A stretch of 32,000 bases of DNA, taken from assembly GCA_934613415.1 (NCBI GenBank), contig CAKTSY010000003.1, forward strand, positions 60,001 to 92,000. Direction: 5' to 3'. Positions within the stretch are counted from its first letter, which is position 1. Every line of letters starts with the position of its first letter. The translations under genes and the position numbers were made by a program. The notes under the pieces are model-generated. The model made no database searches and was not told where the DNA came from. It saw only the letters and a list, made by a program, of their open reading frames with translations. Source of the DNA: an uncultured Opitutales bacterium (GTDB taxonomy: Bacteria > Verrucomicrobiota > Verrucomicrobiia > Opitutales > Intestinicryptomonadaceae). Of this stretch, positions 1-6,933 are shown piece by piece.

Positions 1-866
1 ATACCCAAGACGACGAAAGATTTTTGATATCCGAAGCAGTTAGGGGCGAAGGCGCAATTTTGCGCAATATTAAGGGCGAAGCTTTTATGGCAAAGTACGA
101 CCCGCGCAAAGACTTAGCCCCGCGCGACATAGTAGCGCGCGCCATAGACTCGGAAATGAAAAGGCTTGGCTCTGCCCACGTTTGGCTAGACATTACGCAC
201 GTTCCGCGCGAAACGCTTAAAAACCGCTTCCCGAAAATTTTCGAGCACTGCCTGTCGAAAGGCATAGACATTTCTAAAGACTATATGCCCGTTGTTCCCG
301 CGGCACACTACCAGTGCGGCGGCATACAGACAAAAATAGACGGCTCGACCAACATCGGCGGCCTGTACGCCTGCGGCGAAGTTGCCTGCACGGGGCTTCA
401 CGGCGCAAACAGGCTTGCAAGCAACTCTTTGCTTGAAGCCGTTGTAATAGCCCACAAGGCCTCGGCTGCGGCTTTAAAGTATCTCGAAAACGCAACCTTT
501 ATAGAAAGGGAGCTTCCCGCCTGGGTAGACGGCCACCTGAGGGATTCCGACGAAAGGTTCATTCTTTCGCACAATATGGACGAACTTAAGCGCACAATGT
601 GGGACTATGTAGGCATTGTAAGAACCTCGAAAAGGCTCGACCGCGCCGAACGCCGCATAAAAAACTTGGGAGCCGAAATAGACGAATATTACTGGAACTT
701 CAAGGTAGAGGAAAAGCTGCTAGAACTTAGAAATATGATTCAAGTTGCCCTGCTTATAATTCAATGCGCCAAAAAGCGCAAGGAAAGCCGCGGGCTGCAC
801 TACACCTTAGACTACCCGCACAAGGCCAAGAAAATAGTAAACAGCGTTGTCTGCAAAAAACTATGA
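1..866 (+). CDS. nadB: L-aspartate oxidase, C-terminal part (5' end lies outside the window)
   Basis: Frame 3 is open from the window edge (TQDDERFLISEAVRGEGAILRN...). Flavoprotein motifs RGEGA, HYQCGGI, GLYACGEVACTGLHGANRLASNSLLE and the C-terminal ESRGLHY are present. The TTG at 24 used by the ORF track is internal, not the start. Confidence 0.9.
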   Translation, partial: TQDDERFLISEAVRGEGAILRNIKGEAFMAKYDPRKDLAPRDIVARAIDSEMKRLGSAHVWLDITHVPRETLKNRFPKIFEHCLSKGIDISKDYMPVVPAAHYQCGGIQTKIDGSTNIGGLYACGEVACTGLHGANRLASNSLLEAVVIAHKASAAALKYLENATFIERELPAWVDGHLRDSDERFILSHNMDELKRTMWDYVGIVRTSKRLDRAERRIKNLGAEIDEYYWNFKVEEKLLELRNMIQVALLIIQCAKKRKESRGLHYTLDYPHKAKKIVNSVVCKKL

Positions 867-1411
867 ACCGCATAGATTTAAACAAGCACATAGCAAAGGT
901 TGCCGACTTTCCCAAAAAGGGAATTCTGTTCTTCGATATTACGCCCCTTTTTACCGATTCCGACGCCTTTTTTAAGGTTGTAGAAGACTGGGCAGACCTG
1001 CTTAAAAACGTAAAGGCCACAAAAATTTTGGCTATGGAAGCCCGCGGCTTTTTGTTTGCCGCCCCCCTTGCCATTGCGCTTAATTTGCCCCTTGTTTTGG
1101 TTCGCAAGAAGGGGAAATTGCCCCGCCAAACCCTAGACGAAACCTACGACCTGGAATACGGCTCGGCTACAATTTCCGTCCACAAAGACGACATATCCGA
1201 AAACGACTCGGTTATTATTGTAGACGACCTTCTCGCCACGGGCGGCACGGCAAAAGCCGCATGCAACCTGGTTAAAAAACTGGGGGCAAAAACGGCGTTG
1301 TGCACGTTCCTTTGCCAGCTGGATTTCCTTGACGGCAAAAAAACGCTTGCCGGCGAAAATATTTTAACGATGTACACTTGCAAAGACTCTGATTTTTGTT
1401 GCAATTTTTAA
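863..1411 (+). CDS. apt: Adenine phosphoribosyltransferase (182 aa)
   Basis: The ATG at 863 overlaps the nadB stop (ATGA, 863-866). Motifs: ADFPKKGILFFDITPL, EARGFLF, YDLEYG, and the PRPP-binding VIIVDDLLATGGT. The 764-862 extension in the ORF track lies inside nadB and was discarded. Confidence 0.9.
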   Translation: MNRIDLNKHIAKVADFPKKGILFFDITPLFTDSDAFFKVVEDWADLLKNVKATKILAMEARGFLFAAPLAIALNLPLVLVRKKGKLPRQTLDETYDLEYGSATISVHKDDISENDSVIIVDDLLATGGTAKAACNLVKKLGAKTALCTFLCQLDFLDGKKTLAGENILTMYTCKDSDFCCNF

Positions 1412-1428
1412 ACACTTAAAAGTATATA
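1399..1428 (+). promoter_or_regulatory. Candidate sigma70-like promoter, TTGCAA-18-TATATA, ending 7 nt before the nuoA ATG (leaderless geometry)
   Basis: TTGCAA 1399-1404, 18-nt spacer, TATATA 1423-1428, then 7 nt to ATG 1436. No purine-rich SD lies in between. The -35 sits in the 3' end of apt. Sequence match only. Confidence 0.35.
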
Positions 1429-1435
1429 TAACAAA

Positions 1436-1825
1436 ATGCAATTCGAAGCTTATTTACCAGTATTTTTACAAATAGTCCTGTCGGTGGCGATGGGGCTTGG
1501 AATTATCGCGGCAAGCTGCATATTCGGACAAAGAGCGAAAAAGAACGCCATAAACAACTCGCCCTACGAATGCGGTATGCCAACTTTCGGCAAAGCCCAT
1601 ATGAATATGGGGGTTAAATTCTATGTTGTTGCCCTGCTTTTTGTGGTGTTCGACATAGAAGTGCTTTTTATGATTCCCTTTGCCCTTATTTATTCCGACT
1701 TTGTAGCCGCAAATATTTCCATTATAGCGGTTGTTATGTTCTTCTTGGCTCTTATGATAGCCGGCATAATATACGAAGTAAAAAAGAACGCCCTAGACTG
1801 GAATATCCCCAAAACAAATCTCTGA
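1436..1825 (+). CDS. nuoA: NADH-quinone oxidoreductase subunit A (NuoA/ND3/NdhC family), 129 aa, 3 TM. Not followed by nuoB.
   Basis: Family core SPYECGMPTFGKA...KFYVVALLFVVFDIEVLFMIPFA, plus three hydrophobic helices. Confidence 0.8.
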   Translation: MQFEAYLPVFLQIVLSVAMGLGIIAASCIFGQRAKKNAINNSPYECGMPTFGKAHMNMGVKFYVVALLFVVFDIEVLFMIPFALIYSDFVAANISIIAVVMFFLALMIAGIIYEVKKNALDWNIPKTNL

Positions 1826-1838
1826 TAGCTAAATTGAT

Positions 1839-3206
1839 ATGGATTTAAGCAAGTATATCGCAAAATCGAGAATAATAGAAATTAAAAGCGCCGACTTTGA
1901 GGGCGCAATAAAGGAAATGCTCGATGCCGTGCCAAGCGAGTTTTTAAAACCGCAAAGCACAAAAGAAGGTATACTTAAAGACGTTGTAGCCCGCGAAAAA
2001 AATATGCCCACCTACTTGGGCGGCGGCGTGCTTATGCCACATGCAAAGGCGCAAATTAAATCCAGCTATGTTTTTGTTGTGGGTATGTGCCCAAACGGCA
2101 TTAGTTTCGACACAAACCGCAACGAATATTCGGAAACAAGGCTTATATTTTTGCTTTTGGCAAACGGCGTGCTTAAAAACTACCTAAACACGCTTTCTAC
2201 AATAGCAAAGCTTTTTGCCCAGCCCGACGTTCACGCCGAAATCTTCGGCAAAACCGACTTTGAGGGCTTTAAGGAAAGCATTTGGAAAATCTTCGGCAAA
2301 AAGGGCAAGTCCGACAACAAATCGGGTTCGGGCGTAGCCAAAATGAGCAGGGTTGCAAAACGCTTTCTTTCGCAGGCAATGCGCATTGCAAAAACCTCGA
2401 AATCTACCTGCGTTATGCTTTTCGGCGACACGTTCCCTTCGGGGGTAGACACAGGCGAAATTTTTGGCGGTCTAAAAACACTTATTGTTACAGAACGCTC
2501 GGCGGAAGACTTCCCCGGCAAAAAGACGGCAACAATTTCGATTAAGTCGTACTCGGGTCGCAGAATGACGGGCTTTGGCAGCGCCATAATTATGGGGCTT
2601 ACAAAGGGACTTATAGAGCGCAACGAAAAAATATGCTGCATAGGCGGCATAAAAGACAGCAAAACTTTCGACACCGTTGTGGTTGTAGACATAGCCCAGG
2701 AATTTTCAAAAATAATGAACCTGCAAAGCAACTTGGTGCCCGCAGGCGTGAAGCCCGAAGTTGTCGAAAGAGTTTTGATTATTGCTTCGGATTTGTCGGT
2801 TGAAGGCAGGGAAGGCAAACCCGTTGGCTGCCTTTTTGTTGTAGGCGACGCAAAAAAAATCCGCCCCTTTACAAAGCAGCTTATATTAAACCCATTTTAC
2901 GGCTACAAGCCCGAAGAGCGCAACATTTTAAGCCCCTTTATGGACGAAACTGTAAAGGAGCTTTCCCTTATAGACGGCGCCGTTATTATAGACGGCTCGG
3001 GCGCAATAGAAAGTGCGGGAACATTAATTCATACGCCCGACTTTAATTTAAAGCTGCCGGGCGGGCTGGGCGCAAGGCACGCCGCGGCCTACTCGGTTTC
3101 CGTTTCGGCCGACTGCCTGGCCTTTGTAGTTTCGTCTAGCACGGGCATAATAAGCGTGTTCCGCAACGGGCAAATGCTGCCCTTGAACGAGAAAAACCAC
3201 TCTTAG
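1839..3206 (+). CDS. Three-domain protein: PTS EIIA type-2 (PtsN-like) domain + PK_C-like alpha/beta module + diadenylate cyclase (DAC/DisA_N) domain
   Basis: aa 1-150 follow the EIIA_2 pattern with the phospho-His loop TYLGGGVLMPHAK (His68, nt 2040-2042). A G/K/S-rich linker spans aa 153-171. aa ~175-295: CVMLFGD...LIVTERS...ICCIGG...VVVVDI. aa ~300-450 form the DAC domain: REGKPVGCLFVVGD, NPFYGY, LIDGAVIIDG (DGA at nt 2973-2981) and GARHAAAYSVS (R413-H414). No TM segment. Confidence 0.75.
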   Translation: MDLSKYIAKSRIIEIKSADFEGAIKEMLDAVPSEFLKPQSTKEGILKDVVAREKNMPTYLGGGVLMPHAKAQIKSSYVFVVGMCPNGISFDTNRNEYSETRLIFLLLANGVLKNYLNTLSTIAKLFAQPDVHAEIFGKTDFEGFKESIWKIFGKKGKSDNKSGSGVAKMSRVAKRFLSQAMRIAKTSKSTCVMLFGDTFPSGVDTGEIFGGLKTLIVTERSAEDFPGKKTATISIKSYSGRRMTGFGSAIIMGLTKGLIERNEKICCIGGIKDSKTFDTVVVVDIAQEFSKIMNLQSNLVPAGVKPEVVERVLIIASDLSVEGREGKPVGCLFVVGDAKKIRPFTKQLILNPFYGYKPEERNILSPFMDETVKELSLIDGAVIIDGSGAIESAGTLIHTPDFNLKLPGGLGARHAAAYSVSVSADCLAFVVSSSTGIISVFRNGQMLPLNEKNHS

Positions 3207-3219
3207 TTTTCGCTATTTT

Positions 3220-4617
3220 ATGAAAATTTACTTTATGGGCATTTGCGGCACTGCAATGGGCAACGCCGCTTGTATGATGAAAGAAGCAGGCCACCAGGTT
3301 TTCGGCTCCGACAAGGGCGTTTACGACCCGATGAAAAGCGTTCTCGAAAATGCCGGCATTGAGATTCACGACGGCTTTAGTGTAGACTACCTAAAAAGCG
3401 TTTCGCCCGACTTGGTTGTTGTAGGCAACGCCGTAAGCCGAATGAACGAGGAAGTAGAGTTTTTGCTTAACACGCGCGCTTACGAATTTACAAGTTTAGC
3501 CGACCTTATCTCAAAATACGCAATTTCGTCTAGAAAATGTTTGGTAGTAAGCGGCACGCACGGCAAAACCACAACAACCTCTATGGCGGCGGTTTTGCTT
3601 AAAAGCCAAGATGCAAATACAGGCTACCTAATTGGCGGAGTTCCGCAAGACCTCGAAAGCGGCTCGAAACTTGGCGGCAAAAATTCCCCCTTCGTAATAG
3701 AAGGCGACGAATACGACACTGCGTTTTTCGACAAGCGCAGCAAGTTTATTCACTATAGGCCCCGCGTTTTGATAATAAACAACATCGAGTTCGACCACGC
3801 CGATATTTTTAGGGATTTAACCGACGTAAAACGCACCTTTACCCATGTAAGACGCATTGTAGCCGGCATTGGCGCAATTGTAGAAAATGCCGACGACGCC
3901 AACATTGCCTCTTTGGAAGACACCCCTTGGACAAAGCGCATAAAAGTGGGTTTTGCCCCGACTGCAGACCTTAAAATTTTAAACTTTACGCAGAACGAAA
4001 ACGGCTCGTCTTTCGACCTGCAAAACGAGTTTAAAACTGTGCACATTCACTGGAATCTTTCGGCGGAATATAACGCGCGAAATGCAGCAATGGCAATTGC
4101 GGGCACGGCGTTGCTTTTGGGCAAAAAGCACACTTTAGATTTAGACATAAGCCCTTTGTTCGGCTTTAAGGGCGTAAAACGCAGGCAAGAAGTTCTGTAT
4201 TCAAGCAAAAAGGTGGCTATTGTAGAAGACTTCGGGCACCATCCCACCGCCGTTAGAAATACAATTTTGGCGATGCGCAAAAAATATCCTTTAAGGAAAA
4301 TTTTTGCATGCTTTGAGCCGCGCAGCAACACTTCGCGCACAAACGTTTTTCAAGACGAATTTGCCGATGCCCTAAGCTGTGCCGACCGAATTTTTGTAGG
4401 GCAAGTTAAGAATCTAGAAAAAGTGCCACAGCAAAAGCGCATAGACTTTTTAAAAATGGCGCAAAAATCGACAAAGCCATTTGCCCATTACGACGACAAC
4501 CAAAAGCTTTTGGCAGATTTAAAAGACGCGGTAAAAAACGAATCGTCTTCGTGCGTAATATTCTTTAGCAACGGCTCTTTCGACTCAATCCAGCATTCAA
4601 AAGAAATTAGAATGTAA
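3220..4617 (+). CDS. mpl: UDP-N-acetylmuramate:L-alanyl-gamma-D-glutamyl-meso-diaminopimelate ligase (murein peptide ligase)
   Basis: The N-terminus MKIYFMGICGTAMGNAA...GSDKGVYDPM is Mpl-type rather than MurC-type. It has the Mur-ligase P-loop SGTHGKTTTTSM and EGDEYDTAFFDKRSKF. At 465 aa it is colinear with Mpl. Confidence 0.85.
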   Translation: MKIYFMGICGTAMGNAACMMKEAGHQVFGSDKGVYDPMKSVLENAGIEIHDGFSVDYLKSVSPDLVVVGNAVSRMNEEVEFLLNTRAYEFTSLADLISKYAISSRKCLVVSGTHGKTTTTSMAAVLLKSQDANTGYLIGGVPQDLESGSKLGGKNSPFVIEGDEYDTAFFDKRSKFIHYRPRVLIINNIEFDHADIFRDLTDVKRTFTHVRRIVAGIGAIVENADDANIASLEDTPWTKRIKVGFAPTADLKILNFTQNENGSSFDLQNEFKTVHIHWNLSAEYNARNAAMAIAGTALLLGKKHTLDLDISPLFGFKGVKRRQEVLYSSKKVAIVEDFGHHPTAVRNTILAMRKKYPLRKIFACFEPRSNTSRTNVFQDEFADALSCADRIFVGQVKNLEKVPQQKRIDFLKMAQKSTKPFAHYDDNQKLLADLKDAVKNESSSCVIFFSNGSFDSIQHSKEIRM

Positions 4618-4668
4618 GGGGCAAACGCACCGAATTGCGCATGCCAAAATTTGCCCCATATAATTTTT
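4618..4668 (+). terminator. Possible terminator hairpin after mpl (weak)
   Basis: GGGGCAAA (4618-4625) pairs with TTTGCCCC (4650-4657). The 24-nt loop contains an inner CGCA/TGCG stem. A TTTTT run at 4664-4668 starts 6 nt after the stem. The large loop and displaced U-tract make this uncertain. Confidence 0.3.
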
Positions 4669-4683
4669 GGCAATAATGTTTTC

Positions 4684-4764
4684 ATGCTTACAAAAAAAGC
4701 TGCAGCAAAACGCGGCAAAAGCCTAAATAAGTACGTCTCGGAAGTCCTGGAAAGCGCGGTATAG
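4684..4764 (+). other. 26-codon ORF resembling the C-terminal helix of a ribbon-helix-helix (HicB/CopG-type) antitoxin; probable remnant
   Basis: MLTKKAAAKRGKSLNKYVSEVLESAV fits the RHH helix-2 pattern A..A...G.SLN.y+...L. It has no recognisable beta-strand or helix 1 and no toxin partner. It is not in the supplied ORF track because it is too short. Confidence 0.25.
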
Positions 4765-4781
4765 CTTTCACGCGCTATAAA

Positions 4782-5939
4782 TTACAAAAAGCTTAGCACC
4801 CATTCGGCGGCGCAGGTATTGTTTTCGGCAAACAGCAGGCGGCGCAACTGCCTGGCGTTTTCAAACGCTTCGTTTTTGCAGTTGGGGTCTTTAAGGCACT
4901 TTGCCATATAGGCCGCAAGCTTTTTTGGCGAAGCTTGCCCCTGCAAAAATTCGGGCCAAGCGGGCTTGTCTAACACAATGTTTGCAAGGCTTAGATATTT
5001 TACGTTAACAAGCATTCTGCCAATTATGTAGGTAAGCGGGTTTGCAACATACACTATTGCCCCGGGTATTCCCGCCAAACATACCAAAAGCGACATTGTG
5101 CCCGAACTCATCAAAACTGCGCTTGCTTTAAGCGGTGCATTGTCTGCCTTTTTAAGGGTTATATTTACATCGCCAAACTTCTGCAAAATTTTGTCGAGCT
5201 GCGCCTTAATTTTTTCGTCGGGGTAAAGCGTTGTAAACTTGGCGTCTTTGCCCATAAGGCGCGCCGCCTTTAGCATTACAGGATATATCTTTGCTATTGC
5301 CGATTTGCGGCTGCCAGGTAAAAGCAAAATGTCGGCATTGGCATTGTACGAAATATTAAAGCGGCTTTCGCCCGAAACAAATGGGTGCCCCACATACTGC
5401 ACGTTTAAAGAAGTATCCGCATAGCACTTGGGCTCGAATGGGAATATAACGCCCAAAGAGTCCAAACAGTCTGCCATAGCAAACCTGCGCTTTGCTTTCC
5501 ACGCCCAAATTTGCGGGCTTATATAATATAAAAGCCTAACTTGGCCGCCGCCTTTAACCGAAATTTTGCGTTTTTTAAGCTCTTTTGCCAACGCCAAATT
5601 AAAGCCTGGGTAGTCTACAAAACAAACGGCTTTTGGCTTATAGTCGGCTATCCACGAAAGCACTTTTTCGAACAAGGCCTTAAAGAAAGAATAGTTTTTT
5701 AATACCTCTACAAGGCCTACAACCGAATGCTCGGTTAAGTCGAATAAAAATTGCGAGGGGCACTCGTTGCGCAAAGCTGCCCCGCCTATTGCGCAAACTT
5801 TTTTGGTTGGGTCTATGGCGCAAAGCTGCGCAACAAGCTTTGCCGCATGCTCGTCGCCGGAATGCTCGCCCGCAATAACAAGCAAATCGCACGCGCCCCA
5901 TTTGGGGACGGGCAGCGAAATATCCAAAGCCTTTGCCAT
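4782..5939 (-). CDS. lpxB: Lipid-A-disaccharide synthase
   Basis: LLVIAGEHSGDEHAAKL, VDYPGFNLALAKELKKR, YYISPQIWAWKAKR and VQYVGHPF are colinear with LpxB (GT19). Confidence 0.9.
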   Translation of the reverse strand: MAKALDISLPVPKWGACDLLVIAGEHSGDEHAAKLVAQLCAIDPTKKVCAIGGAALRNECPSQFLFDLTEHSVVGLVEVLKNYSFFKALFEKVLSWIADYKPKAVCFVDYPGFNLALAKELKKRKISVKGGGQVRLLYYISPQIWAWKAKRRFAMADCLDSLGVIFPFEPKCYADTSLNVQYVGHPFVSGESRFNISYNANADILLLPGSRKSAIAKIYPVMLKAARLMGKDAKFTTLYPDEKIKAQLDKILQKFGDVNITLKKADNAPLKASAVLMSSGTMSLLVCLAGIPGAIVYVANPLTYIIGRMLVNVKYLSLANIVLDKPAWPEFLQGQASPKKLAAYMAKCLKDPNCKNEAFENARQLRRLLFAENNTCAAEWVLSFL

Positions 5940-5954
5940 ACGCGCAAAATTCGG

Positions 5955-6899
5955 CTAAAATTGCGACTCTATTTGGCGCGAAATTTCAAGCGCAACTTCC
6001 AACGCTCTGCGCCCCAATGCGGCGTCTACCTTCGGGTTTTTGTGCTCGATTACGCAATTTGCAAAGCTTTGCAGTTCGCGTTTTAAGGGTTCTTGTTTGT
6101 CGATTGGAACTTCAATGCGGGTTATGTTCGAAAGGTTTTCAACCTTCATTAAGTGCCCCGTTTGGTTCATAAAATCTAGCGACATATAAGAACCCGGCTG
6201 GAATATCCTGATTTCCCTAAGCTTTTTTGCGCTTGCGCGGCTGGTGTTTAGGTTTGCAATGCAGCCGTTTGCAAATTTAATGCGCGCGTTTGCAATGTCT
6301 TCGGTTTTGCTTAGCACGCGAACGCCGACAGCCTCTATGCTTTCTATGGGCGATTTTGCCAGCTGCAAAATAATGCCTATGTCGTGAATCATCAAATCAA
6401 GAACAACGCCAACTTCGGTGCCGCGCACATTAAAGGGGGCAAGCCTGTCGGCGGTAATAAACTTTGGCGACTTTACATGAGTCTCCATAAAAGTCATTAC
6501 GGGGTTAAAGTGTTCAACGTGCCCAACCTGAATAAGCAAATCTTTTTCCTTTGCCTTGGCAATCATTCTGCCGGCATCTTCGCTAGAAGTGCAAAAGGGT
6601 TTTTCCACCAACAAGTGGCAGCTCAAATCCAAAAGCGGCAGCGCAATTTGCGTATGCAAATCGGTGGGAACAACAACGCTTACGGCCTCGGCAAGCTGGG
6701 CAACCTCTTCAAGCGAGTTTGCAATTTTGCACGAATATTTGTCGGCAATCGCCTTTGCGCGTTCGGGGTTTGCGTCCATAATCGCCACAAGCTCGGTATT
6801 TTCAAGCTCGGAATAAATCCTTGCGTGGTTTTGCCCCATAGAGCCGCCGCCGATTACGGCGCATTTCAATTTTCTATTGCTTTCCATTGTAGACCCCAT
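5955..6899 (-). CDS. Gfo/Idh/MocA-family NAD-dependent oxidoreductase, GnnA/WbpB-like UDP-sugar 3-dehydrogenase candidate
   Basis: N-terminal Rossmann motif KCAVIGGGSMGQNHARIY, then LLVEKPF, VGHVEHFNPV and VVLDLMIHDIGI. At 314 aa it sits directly upstream of lpxB (15-nt gap). The family call is firm; the substrate is inferred. Confidence 0.8.
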   Translation of the reverse strand: MGSTMESNRKLKCAVIGGGSMGQNHARIYSELENTELVAIMDANPERAKAIADKYSCKIANSLEEVAQLAEAVSVVVPTDLHTQIALPLLDLSCHLLVEKPFCTSSEDAGRMIAKAKEKDLLIQVGHVEHFNPVMTFMETHVKSPKFITADRLAPFNVRGTEVGVVLDLMIHDIGIILQLAKSPIESIEAVGVRVLSKTEDIANARIKFANGCIANLNTSRASAKKLREIRIFQPGSYMSLDFMNQTGHLMKVENLSNITRIEVPIDKQEPLKRELQSFANCVIEHKNPKVDAALGRRALEVALEISRQIESQF

Positions 6900-6933
6900 A
6901 ATGCAGTTTTCGGCAAAATCTGCAAGATAGATT

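Noticed and set aside
764-862. N-terminal extension of the apt ORF in the ORF track
   Set aside because: It lies entirely within the nadB coding sequence in another frame. The Apt homology begins at MNRIDL (ATG 863), which forms an ATGA overlap with the nadB stop.
6903-6923. Small hairpin GCAG-TTTT-CGGC-AAAA-(T)-CTGC between the AsmA-like gene and the oxidoreductase gene
   Set aside because: It is short, half A-U, has a bulge, and has no U-tract on the transcribed (minus) strand. It cannot be distinguished from chance and is not called as a terminator or attenuator.
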